Positions 26,709-38,300 of a stretch of DNA of 64,000 bases are shown here, piece by piece (positions within the stretch are counted from its first letter, which is position 1; every line of letters begins with the position of its first letter). Source of the DNA: a virus. Taxonomy: Duplodnaviria; Caudoviricetes. Made by a program: the position numbers and the translations under genes. The notes under the pieces are model-generated. The model did no database searches. It saw only the letters and a program-made list of their open reading frames with translations, and was not told where the DNA came from. Location of the stretch: IMG/VR virus record IMGVR_UViG_3300020718_000278, positions 1 to 64,000 of that record, one strand, 5' to 3'.

Positions 26709-27586
26709 GTATTTTTAATTACACGTTACCTTCCGGAGCAACTTTTCAATTAAATGCTCCCGCTGGCACCACTCAAGCTCAAGCCGATGTAATTTTTTAT
26801 TCGCAGGTGGCTTCTGGAACATTTGTTGGATATAAAACAGGGGATAAATTAACACATCCAAAAGAAGCGCTTAATAATTTTGGGATCACAAGATTACAAA
26901 GAGGCACTGCTGGAGTCGATGATAAAACATTGCTGGCAATTATAGCTGGTCTTCCGGTAGTAGCTCCACTTCCAAATTTATCAACGGTACCAGTAGCAAA
27001 TGCTATTAATTCAGCAAATTATTTGCAAGTTGCCAGTGTTCCAACTCCTGCTAATCCTTCCGTTACTCCTGCTGGAAATTTTAGTCAAGGATCCACAGGT
27101 GTTGGACAATTATCTGCGGCACAAACACAAGCAGTAATGGCACAAATAGCATCAACGGTGGGACAGGCGTATAATGTGATTACTCAAGCAAAAGGGGTTG
27201 GAAAATATGGATTTAATTCACAACAACTTGAAAAAGCTGGATACATTAAACCTGGATATTCTCAACAATATTGTCCTATTAATCCTGCTACTTTTGCCAA
27301 CCCAAATAATTTTGTTTCATTTATGGAATCTCCAACACCATGGACGGGCTTAAATGCGGTAACCAGTGTAAGTGATATATTAAATAATTTGCCTATACAA
27401 AATCAAATTCAAGAAAGTTTAATGATTCAAAGTTATAATACTTACGTCTCTTTAGGAATAATTGTTCCTTCAATTCCTACTGTAACTACCCCGTCAATAA
27501 GTACGGGGCAGGTATATAGCAATACTGGAAGTTTAGTATCTGCTTCTGTATTATCTTTATTAACCAACCCAACAGGATCAATATAA
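26705..27586 (+). CDS. baseplate-associated virion protein
   Basis: Long ORF in the late operon; contains GVGKYGFNSQQLEKAGYIKPG. Confidence 0.5.
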   Translation: MSIFNYTLPSGATFQLNAPAGTTQAQADVIFYSQVASGTFVGYKTGDKLTHPKEALNNFGITRLQRGTAGVDDKTLLAIIAGLPVVAPLPNLSTVPVANAINSANYLQVASVPTPANPSVTPAGNFSQGSTGVGQLSAAQTQAVMAQIASTVGQAYNVITQAKGVGKYGFNSQQLEKAGYIKPGYSQQYCPINPATFANPNNFVSFMESPTPWTGLNAVTSVSDILNNLPIQNQIQESLMIQSYNTYVSLGIIVPSIPTVTTPSISTGQVYSNTGSLVSASVLSLLTNPTGSI

Positions 27587-28482
27587 TGGCCACAACAGCT
27601 GATGGAACACCAATCTATACACAAAATCAAATAAATCAAGTCCTTGATACCGGAACAAATTTATCAACAGTTACTACCGGAACAGTTCCTGCAGCGATTT
27701 CTAATCTTGGCTCTGATGCGGTAGCTTCTTTTAACGCAGGATTATCGAGTTTGTCATCGGGAGCGGTTGGATTTAACACATCTATGCTGGCAAACATTCA
27801 AGCAGCAACAGGTAATTCTGTAAGTCAGCTTACAGGACTAGCTTCGGGGTTGACTGGAGGCGATGTAGCCAGCGCAGCATCATCAATTACTACTGCGGTC
27901 AACGGTGACATCGGTGCGTTAGTTGCTAATGGTAGCAAATACGGCGACGCCGCTACAGCATTATGGGCGCAAGGAGCAAATTCACTTACTAGTCTTGGTG
28001 ATAATTTTAGCAACGCTGCCGGGGGAATATCTACGGCTGCGCTTGATGCTGTTACCAATCTTGCTGATACGGTAACAGGAGCTGCCGACGGATTAGCAGG
28101 ATCAGTGTCTAGTGCCTTAGATACTTTAGGAAAATCAGTTCAATCCGCTATTGATTTTGCTGATACTAATTTATCAGGTTTGATATCAGGGGTTCAGCCA
28201 GCAGCTGGATTTACAAATACAGTTAATCGAGCTACAGTAGATGCTGCTGTAACAAGAGTTATCGGAGCTGATAAAATATCCCCTCCAACATATGAAATAC
28301 CATCAGCAGAAAGTTTAGGTATAGCGGCAGACATTGCACAGGCCAAAGCATTTTTGGCCCAAGCACAATCAGCAGTTTCGGAAGCAATAGGGCAAGGACA
28401 AGCCTTAATTGGGCAAGCTCAATCGGCCGCAACAGGGCTAGCCAATCAAGCGCAATCGTCGGTCAAGAATCTTTTTGGATAA
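27586..28482 (+). CDS. Ala/Ser/Gly-rich virion protein
   Basis: TAATG overlap, AGGA SD; low-complexity helical composition. Confidence 0.5.
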   Translation: MATTADGTPIYTQNQINQVLDTGTNLSTVTTGTVPAAISNLGSDAVASFNAGLSSLSSGAVGFNTSMLANIQAATGNSVSQLTGLASGLTGGDVASAASSITTAVNGDIGALVANGSKYGDAATALWAQGANSLTSLGDNFSNAAGGISTAALDAVTNLADTVTGAADGLAGSVSSALDTLGKSVQSAIDFADTNLSGLISGVQPAAGFTNTVNRATVDAAVTRVIGADKISPPTYEIPSAESLGIAADIAQAKAFLAQAQSAVSEAIGQGQALIGQAQSAATGLANQAQSSVKNLFG

Positions 28483-28490
28483 ATATTTTA

Positions 28491-28865
28491 ATGGCAACTT
28501 TTATTGGATTTAATACTATAGGACAAAATAAAAATTTTACAGCAGTAGATTTTGCCCTTATAAAAATAGACTTACTAAACGCTTTTAATATTAGACAAGG
28601 CGAATTAGTAGGACGTCCAAATTATGGCACATTAATTTGGAATTATCTGTTTGAAAATCAGTTGCCTGAAACAGAAACTGCTATTTACAACGAAATACAA
28701 CGTGTTTGCGGCGGCGACCCCAGGATATATGTTGACAACATTTATTTGTACCCGCAAGAAAATGGCATATTAGTTGAAATTAAGCTGCAAACTGTAGCAA
28801 CTACTGATGCACAACGGTTATCTATATTTTTTAATGAACAACAACGTAGTGCTAGTTATATTTAA
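28491..28865 (+). CDS. gp25: baseplate wedge / sheath initiator, gp25-like
   Basis: LIKIDLLNAFNIRQGE...PNYGTLIWNYLFE...DPRI; directly precedes the gp6-like gene. Confidence 0.88.
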   Translation: MATFIGFNTIGQNKNFTAVDFALIKIDLLNAFNIRQGELVGRPNYGTLIWNYLFENQLPETETAIYNEIQRVCGGDPRIYVDNIYLYPQENGILVEIKLQTVATTDAQRLSIFFNEQQRSASYI

Positions 28866-28920
28866 TGGTTAAAATACCCAGTTTATATCAGGCATAAATA
28901 GTTATAACACTGGAAGAACC

Positions 28921-31900
28921 ATGGCTACTACAACAAGACAAACCGTACTATTTGGAGTTGAAGATTGGAAAAGAATCTATCAAACTTATAGTCAGGGCGA
29001 TTTTCAAAGTTATGATTTTGAAACGCTTCGTAAATCTTTTATAGATTATCTGCGCCAATATTACCCAGAAACTTTTAATGATTACATTGAATCTTCTGAA
29101 TTTATAGCATTGCTTGATGTTATGGCTTTTATGGGTCAAGCATTGGCATTTCGATCAGACTTAAACACACGCGAAAATTATATTGATACAGCAGAACGTC
29201 GTGATTCTGTAATTAAATTAGCAAATTTAATTTCGTATGCTCCTCAAAGAAATACAGAAGCATCAGGATATATTAAAGTATTGTCAGTATCCACAACAGA
29301 AAATGTAACTGATTATAATGGTGCGAATCTTGCTAATATTACTGTAAATTGGGCTGACCCCAGCAATTTTGATTGGCAAGAACAATTTATTGCTATTATT
29401 AATGCCAGCTTAGTTAATACACAATCTATTGGGCATCCTGGAAACGATCAAGTAATTCTTGGAGTAGATACACAAGAATATACTGTTAATTTAGTTCCAG
29501 GTTATTTGCCGGTTATTCCTTATACAAGTCTTGTTAATGGTATTAGTATGCCATTTGAAGTGGTAAATGCCACATCTGCGGGAGAAACTTATATCTATGA
29601 ACCTCCTCCGTTGCCTAATGGAAATTTTAATGTATTGTTCCGCAATGACCAATTAGGATATCAATCTGCCAACACAGGATTTTTCTTTTTGTTTAAGCAA
29701 GGTGTATTACAAAATCAAGATTTCAACTTAGTAGAGCAAGTTTCTAATCGTACTGTTAATATTAATATTGAAGGGGTTAATAACGAAGATGTTTGGTTAT
29801 ATCAGCTTGATAATGTGGGAGCAGTTCAACAAATATGGAAAAAAGTGTCTTCGGTATATACCGCGGCAGTCGAACAAAATTCACCCACGCTACAAAATGC
29901 CTATTCGGTAACCAGCCGCACTAATGATCAAATAACGTTAGTGTTTGGTGATAATGTGTTTGCAACTATTCCAGTGGGACAGTTTAGAACTTATGTTCGT
30001 GCTTCAAATGGATTACAATATATTATCAATCCAGAAGAAATGCAATCAGTTCAGATTCCCATTTCATATGTTAGTCGAAGTGGAAATATAGAAACTATTA
30101 CATTTACTTGCGGACTTACTAATCCTGTAACTAATGCTACTCCACGCGAAACAATTGATCAAATTAAAGAACGTGCTCCGGCTCGATATTATACGCAAAA
30201 TCGTATGGTTAATGGAGAAGACTATACTAATTTTCCGTTTACAACATATAACTCTATTTTAAAAAGTTCAGCAGTAAATCGTAGTTCTATAGGAACAAGT
30301 CGTTATCTTGATTTAGTTGATCCAACAGGAAAATATTCGTCAACAAATATATTTGGTGATGACGGAGCATTGTGGTATATAAACACAACTCCTGCTTTTA
30401 CATTTATATGGCAAACAACTAATGACATCAACAATGTTATTCTTAATGACATAACTCCTATTTTAATTCAGCAAACATTAAGACAATTTTATTATGCTTA
30501 TTTCCCGCGCCCATCATTAGCATCATTAAATTATTCTTGGCACGAAAGTACCACTATTGTTAATGAAACTACGGGATATTTTCAAAATAGTTTAGGAACT
30601 CCTGTTCCTATAGGACAAGGATATGCCAGTAATGCTGCTCAATATATTACTGAAGGTTCTTTGGTTAAATTTATTCCTCCTTCAGGTTATTACTTTGACT
30701 CTAACAATGAAATACAGCCGGGACTGCCAGTACATGATGGGGATCATTTAATTATTTGGGCTTCTCCTACAGCAGTAATCACTGATGGCACCAACGGTGG
30801 CGCAGGAAATTTACCATCTGGGCTTGGCCCGGTAGTACTCAACACATATGTTCCTACAGGGGCAATAGCAGTAGAGGTTATACCATTACTTGTAACTAGT
30901 TTTAGTACTGAGGTCAAAAAAACAATTTATAATCAAATATATTTAAAAGCTAATTTTGGTTTGGGATACGATAGTACAGGGGCAATTACTGGTACTCCGT
31001 ATTCATGGTATGTGATTACCGCCACTAATCTTAATGTAGGAGCCAGTTGGAGTCAGCAGTATGCTGGTAACACATCTGGATCTAATCTTGACGCAAGTTG
31101 GTTAATTCAAGCAACATTTGACGGCAATCAATATACCATAGTTTCACGCAGTCTCGATTATTATTACGGAAGTGTATTAGAAGTTCGTTTCTTTTTTGAT
31201 ACTGCCCAAGCTATATATGACAGCCGTACTGGTACTGTGATTTCAGATTTTGTCAAAGTATTAAAAGTAAATAGTCAACCTAACAGCAATCAACCACTGT
31301 TGACTAATATATCACTTAAAATAATTGGTCAACCTGTACTTAGTGATGGATTAGTTGACGACTATCAAGTATTAGTAGGGTATGAAGATTTTAATAATGA
31401 TGGTATTCCGGATGATCCTGATTTCTTTGTTGAAATTACAGGAATTTCGCCAAGCAATACTACATTTACAAGTACAACTCCATGGGTATTTTTTCAACTT
31501 ACTACGGACTTTGACAATTTACAAAGATATCTTTTACAACCAGCAGGTTTGGTAGTGAGCATTTATCCAACATTGGCCGCTATTGAGCAAGTTAAAGAAG
31601 AATATGTGACTGGCCAAATATTTTATGCCTATCAAGAAAACACTTTTTATACATTAACATTAACACTTCAAGGTGCTAGAGCATTAACACTTACTTCTGG
31701 GTGGCAAGCACAAGTTGGAAGACAAAGTTTATATTTTCAATATAGACATAACAGCGCATTAAGCAATTTAATTGATCCCGGCAGTACAAATATTATTGAT
31801 TTGTATCTTGTTACATTGGAATATTATACAGCTTATGTGCAATGGATTCGGGATACTACAAATACTATATCAGAACCAATTCCTCCAACTATCGATGAAT

Positions 31901-32352
31901 TAACAACAATTTATGCCGGATTACAAAACTATAAAATGATTAGTGATAATCTTATTCTTAATAGTGTAGAATTTCTTCCTTTATTTGGAAGCAAAGCTCC
32001 GGAAGCCCTTAGAGCAATTTTAAAAGTTATTCCGGCACCAAATACTAACGCTAGTAATAATCAGATACAAAATCTTGTATTAGCCACTATGAATTCTTAT
32101 TTTGATATTGCTAATTGGAATTTTGGAGATACTTTTTATTTTTCAGAGTTAGCATCATATATTCATTCCCAAATTGGAACTTATGTTGCTTCGGTAGTGT
32201 TAGTGCCACTCAATTCACAATTAAGTTTTGGCGCTTTGTATGAAATTCAATGTGCTCCAAATCAAATTTTTGTCAATGGTGCTGGTTTAAACGACATTGA
32301 AATTATTACAGCATTAACAAGTACTAATTTACAATCAGCCGGAGTATTTTAA
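28921..32352 (+). CDS. gp6: baseplate wedge protein, gp6/baseplate J-like
   Basis: DFETLRKSFIDYL...FNDYIESSEFIALLD...DTAERRDSVIKLA...RETIDQIKERAP...QNRMVNGEDY. Confidence 0.88.
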   Translation: MATTTRQTVLFGVEDWKRIYQTYSQGDFQSYDFETLRKSFIDYLRQYYPETFNDYIESSEFIALLDVMAFMGQALAFRSDLNTRENYIDTAERRDSVIKLANLISYAPQRNTEASGYIKVLSVSTTENVTDYNGANLANITVNWADPSNFDWQEQFIAIINASLVNTQSIGHPGNDQVILGVDTQEYTVNLVPGYLPVIPYTSLVNGISMPFEVVNATSAGETYIYEPPPLPNGNFNVLFRNDQLGYQSANTGFFFLFKQGVLQNQDFNLVEQVSNRTVNINIEGVNNEDVWLYQLDNVGAVQQIWKKVSSVYTAAVEQNSPTLQNAYSVTSRTNDQITLVFGDNVFATIPVGQFRTYVRASNGLQYIINPEEMQSVQIPISYVSRSGNIETITFTCGLTNPVTNATPRETIDQIKERAPARYYTQNRMVNGEDYTNFPFTTYNSILKSSAVNRSSIGTSRYLDLVDPTGKYSSTNIFGDDGALWYINTTPAFTFIWQTTNDINNVILNDITPILIQQTLRQFYYAYFPRPSLASLNYSWHESTTIVNETTGYFQNSLGTPVPIGQGYASNAAQYITEGSLVKFIPPSGYYFDSNNEIQPGLPVHDGDHLIIWASPTAVITDGTNGGAGNLPSGLGPVVLNTYVPTGAIAVEVIPLLVTSFSTEVKKTIYNQIYLKANFGLGYDSTGAITGTPYSWYVITATNLNVGASWSQQYAGNTSGSNLDASWLIQATFDGNQYTIVSRSLDYYYGSVLEVRFFFDTAQAIYDSRTGTVISDFVKVLKVNSQPNSNQPLLTNISLKIIGQPVLSDGLVDDYQVLVGYEDFNNDGIPDDPDFFVEITGISPSNTTFTSTTPWVFFQLTTDFDNLQRYLLQPAGLVVSIYPTLAAIEQVKEEYVTGQIFYAYQENTFYTLTLTLQGARALTLTSGWQAQVGRQSLYFQYRHNSALSNLIDPGSTNIIDLYLVTLEYYTAYVQWIRDTTNTISEPIPPTIDELTTIYAGLQNYKMISDNLILNSVEFLPLFGSKAPEALRAILKVIPAPNTNASNNQIQNLVLATMNSYFDIANWNFGDTFYFSELASYIHSQIGTYVASVVLVPLNSQLSFGALYEIQCAPNQIFVNGAGLNDIEIITALTSTNLQSAGVF

Positions 32353-35300
32353 TGGCCGCAATAGTTCGTTCTGTTGATTTTTTACCAGAAATATTTCAAA
32401 CTCCGGTAAACACTCAGTTTTTAAATGCCACATTAGACCAATTAATTCAAGAACCTCAATATAAACAAACTCAAGGTTATATAGGTCAAAAAGTTGGTCC
32501 CGGAGTTAATCCTACGGATTATTATGTGGTTGAACCAACTCCAAGCCGAACTAATTATCAACTTGAACCAGGGGTAGTTGTTATTGATCCAACTACAACT
32601 AAGGTAAGTGATGCTATAACTTATCCTGGAATGTTAGATGCAATAAGAACACAAGGTGGAATAATTGACCAGGCTGATAGATTATTTGAAAGTGAATACT
32701 ATTCTTGGGACCCATTTGTAGATTTTGATAAGTTTAATAACTATGCTCAATATTATTGGTTGCCTAATGGACCCGATGTTGTTACGGTTTCAGCTACCGA
32801 TATTCCTACGCAACAAACATTTACAGTCACACGAGCTAATGGTGCCTATACCTTTAGCGGATATGCTGGAAAAAATCCAACTCTTACACTAGTAAGAAAT
32901 GGAAATTATAATTTTAATATAGCACAAACTAATACAGATGCTGTTGACTATCGCGTTACAAATAACGGCACTAGATACTGGACTATTGATTTTGAAAACA
33001 ATCCTACGTTAACACTAATTCGTGGAAATACATATACTTGGAATTTAGTGCAAAATCTTCCATTGGCATTTTATATTAAAACTGAATTATCCTTTGGGAC
33101 TACAAACATATGGAGTGAGGGTGTTACTAATAACGGAGCCAAAGAAGGATTAATAACATTTACAGTACCGCAAGACGCTCCCAACACATTATATTATTGT
33201 AACGATATAGAATTTAATCTTCGCGGACAGTTAAATATTGTTGACGCTACCCCTGGCACTGGTCCAGATTTTTGGATTCAACGTGAACCTGGTATTAACG
33301 GTCGTCTTTCTTGGTCGCCTAACCTTTCTTCTAGAGATGTTCTTGGTGTAACTAATAATGGTATTGACCTTGGAACAGTATCATTTGCTGTTCCTGATAA
33401 ATCGGCACAGAATTTTTATTATTCAATGCCTTTTATCAATTATCCTGCCATTAATACAGGACGAGTTAATCTTGTAATTCCTTCTACGCTATTGTTTAAT
33501 CAACTAAATGGTATTACAGTACAATCATTTTTAGAAACTTATCCTACTGGTATTGACGGTATTACAAATTTAAATGGGTATACTTGTATTTTTTCAACAC
33601 AAACTTCTGATCCTGCGCCGGGTGGCTGGTATATAGAAACTCCTTTTTCTTCGGCTACAACTAACGGGCAAACAGGATCTTTTGATAACATACCATTTAG
33701 TCAACAAATCCCAATTACTGATCCGGCTGTTCAATTTGGATTATGGCAAATACAGTACGTTCCAGACGCAAACGGAGTTGAATTTATTCAACTCAATAGT
33801 ATACTAAAAATTGATAATTTAACACAATTCAGTATAACTGCCGGTACAGAGTATGTGAATACACAATGGTACAAAAACTCTTCGGGTACGTTTCAAGAAA
33901 TGCCGTTGCTTACTGCTGCGCTGCCTAACTTATATTATCAAGATAGTGAAGATCCAAAAATATTTGGAATAATTAATTTAATTGATGAAAATTTAAATGC
34001 CACTATTAACATAGAAACAGATATTTTAGGGCAACTTAATTATACAAGTCCCAATGGCGTTGTATTTACAAATGGTCTTAAAATTATATTTGAAGGTAAT
34101 GTAATTCCTTCAGCTTATCAAGGTAATACCTATTATGTTCAAGGGGTTGGATCTGGGATCGTTTTAGTTCCTGAATTAAGTTTAATTGTTCCTGAGCAAT
34201 ATGCCACAGAAATAAATGTCATTAATGTATATGATGCTTCGGGAAATGGAACAGAAGTAACTTTAACTTTTTTAGCACAACCTACACTTCCATTTACTCC
34301 TGGGCAGTTAGTTATTGTAAGTAAAATTGTATCGTCAATTGGAAATTATAATGGAATATACACAGTAACATCGGCAACTACATCTGCTGATAAATTATTT
34401 CAATCAATAACTTATGCTAGTACCGCTGCCGGCTCGTATATAAGTGGCGGAACAATAGATTCTTATGGTAATCAGCCAATTGCGCCTGATTATATAACGA
34501 TTAATATGGCAAGCCAAGATTTAAATCCGTGGACTAGAAGTAATCGATGGTTTCACACAGAAGTTATCACGGCTGCTGCTGCTTACAACAATACTGCGCC
34601 AGCTTATAGCACAGAAAGAGCAACACGCCCTATTTTAGAATTTAGAGCTAATACTAAATTATTTGATTTTGCCATACAAGGAATTCCCGCGGTTAATGTT
34701 ATAGATTTTACACAAACAGATGCTTTGCTTAATGTTAATGGTCAAACTGGCTACGGAACAGACGGATATACATTAGTTCAAGGAAGTTTAATTATTTTTG
34801 CTGCTGATTTGAATCCTACAGTAAAAAATCAAATATATGAAGTAACATTTGTAGATGTAGATCCAACTATTTCGCTTACACCCGTTATTGTTTTAGTTCC
34901 AACAAGTTATAGTCCGGCACTACCTAATCAAGGTACTGTATGCATCAGTGGTAATACACAAAAAGGTCAAAGTTTTTATTTTACTGGCGTATCTTGGATA
35001 GCTTCACAGCAAAAAACATCTATTCAGCAACCTCCTCTTTTTGATATATTTGATAGCAACGGTTATAGTTTTGGAGATACGACCCAATATCCTAGTACTA
35101 ACTTTACTGGCTGTAAATTATTGAGTTATGCTGAAAATCCTGATAACCCTATAGATAAAGTATTAGGAATTCCTCTATCATTTTTTAGCATTAACAATAT
35201 TGGCGATACATTATTTAATAATAATTTTTATACAGATACCTTTATCTACACACCAGCAGGCGTTGGTATTACCATTGATGTTAGCAGCGGTTTCGTTTAT

Positions 35301-38300
35301 CAATATAATAATTTAGTTAGTTTTACTCCAGAAATTGGTTGGCAAACGGCAGCCATACCATCATTACAACGTCAACAATTTCAATTTAAATATTCAGGAA
35401 ATCCTCTGCAGCTTGACGTTTTAGCGGCCACGGATTTAAACGTACCTGCTGTACAAATTTTTATCAACAATGTTTATCAATTACCATCAACTTATGTATT
35501 ATCAGTTAATAACGTAACGGGATTTACAACAATTACATTAACTGGTACAACATATAAACTTGATGATATAATTGAAGTTTTAGTTTATAGCTCTGACGTA
35601 AGTTCTATTGGATTTTATCAGATTCCTATTAATTTAGAAAATAATCCATTTAATGGAAACAGCAAACAGTTTACGCTGGGTGGCATTAGACAGCATTATG
35701 CTACAATTTGCGAAAATTTATTGGCTTTACAAGGAAATATTAATGGTCCAAACAATACTCGAGATTTGGGCAACATTGTTCCTTATGGAACACAAATAGT
35801 ACAGCAATCATCCCCGCTTACACTTGGAGGATTTTTCCTGCGTTCCGCAAGTTATGATATTTTTTCTTCTATAGAGTACAATAGCAGAGAATATATAAAA
35901 TATAAAAATAAATTACTAACAGCAGTCACGCAACTAGATATACAACCTTCTGAATCAATTAGTAGCATACTTGACGCTGCCATACAAAAATTTACGTCAA
36001 TTCTTACAAATTCTAATTCATTTTATTGGAGTGACATGTTGCCTGTTGGAACAAATTACACACCAACAACAACAATAGTCAACCCTATCACTACAAATAT
36101 TTTTAATACATTACAAACGTATGATTTTACTACATCTAATTATCAAGGTTTATTAGTTTATGTTAATGGAGTATTGTTATTGCGTGGTAGTCAATACACA
36201 GTATCTACTATTGCTCCTAAATTAACAATATTAATTAAATTGAATGTAGGAGATGTAGTTGTCATTAATGAATATATCCCCGTTTTAACAACAACATCTG
36301 CTGGTACTACGTCTACCAACCCGGGCCCTAGTTGGTGTCCAAATACGCCAAGTAAAATGGGATTATATCCAGTATATCAACCTCAAATTTATCTTGATGA
36401 CACATATTCTTCTCCAACTCTAGTAATACAAGGGCATGACGGAAGTACAACCATTGCATTTGGTGATATTCGTGACCAAGTATTATTAGAATTTGAAAAA
36501 CGCATATACAACAATATCAAAGTTGATGATAATCCAATTCCGTTGACAACAGACGAAGTTGATCCAAATTTTTATCCCGCACAAACTACAGCATTGTTGC
36601 CAGGATTTTTTAGAACCACGCCTTACACATACGCAGAAGTCAATCAAATTATGAATGAAGACTTTTTAACTTGGGTAGGACAAAATAAATTAGATTTTAC
36701 CTCGCAAGATTATATTGCTTCAAATCCGTTTACTTATAATTATAGTCAAGCAGCCAATCGCATTAATCAAGAACCATTTCTTCAGGGCAACTGGCGCGGA
36801 ATTTATCGTTATTTTTATGATACGGAAACTCCTAATTCAACTCCCTGGGAAATGGTAGGTTTTTCTCAGGAACCTAGTTGGTGGATGCAACGTTATGGAC
36901 CAGCTCCGTATACTTCAGGAAATACTGTTCTTTGGGATGATTTAGAAGCTGGTATTGTTGGCGATCCGTCTGGACCATATATTCTTCCTGAATATGTTCG
37001 CCCTGGATTAAGCAAAATTATTCCAGCAGGTAGTGAAGGAGAATTGTTATCACCACTTGATTGTGTGGTTGGGTTAAATGATCCTTACGGATTTCAAAAA
37101 TCATGGACAGCAGGAGACGGTGGTCCAGTTCAAGCATCTTGGTGGAATTCTTCCTCATATCCATTTGCTATTATGAGATTATTGGCACTGACAAAACCAG
37201 CGCAATTTTTCTCTTTATTTGCTGATAGAGATTTGTATCGTTATAACACAACGCTTGGGCAGTATTTGTACAATAATCGATATAGGTTAAATGCTTCAGA
37301 AATACAAATATATGGTAATGGTGTTAGCAAAGCATCTTATATTAATTGGATTGTTGATTATAATAATCAACTTGGGATTGATAGTACAACAACATTAACT
37401 GAAGCACTGGGAAATATAGACGTAAGATTATGCTATCGTATGGCAGCATTTTCGGATCCTGTATATGTTGCTTTAACTACAGATCGTGCCGGACCAAATT
37501 CAACTAATAATAGTTTATTAATACCCCCAACTAGTTATGATTTATTGTTTTATAAGAATCAACCGTTTAACAGCGTAACATATAGTTCAGTAATTGTACA
37601 AGTAGAAGAATTATCATCGGGCGGCATCGGATATTCTGTGTATGGTTACAGCAATGTGCAACCTTATTTTGAGGCATTGGCTAGCATACCCGCTGGATCT
37701 TATCAAGTTATTTCAGCAGGTGGCACATCGGTTCAAGTTCCTATACAACGCACCAATAATGTTGTGCAAATTCCATATGGATATACATTTACTAGCACGG
37801 CCAGCGTTTGTGATTTTCTATTAGGATACGGCGCTTGGTTAGTGAGTCAAGGTTTAATATTTGACAACATAGAAAATGGATATACATTGGATTGGAATCA
37901 AATGTGCCAAGAATTTTTATATTTTTCATCGCAGGGATGGACGCCTGGAACTATAGTTAATTTAAATCCTTGCGCTACAAAAATTACAGCTAGCCAACCT
38001 ATTTCTATTGTAGATACTATTGCTAGTGTTACTCCTGAAAATATGCTATTGGATCAAAATCGTAGTGTTTTAAATGTAAGCACAATGATAGTTATTCGAG
38101 AAGGAAATCAATTTTCAGTTACTTCCACTAGTAAACAAACAATTAATTATTTAACATTGAAATATACTAATTATGAAGATATGATAGTATTAAACAATAC
38201 TAGTCAGTATCAAGATTTAATTTATGATCCGCTTACTGGATCTAGACAAGTACGATTAAGTCTAATAGCTTCAACTACTACTAATTGGGACGGACAACTT

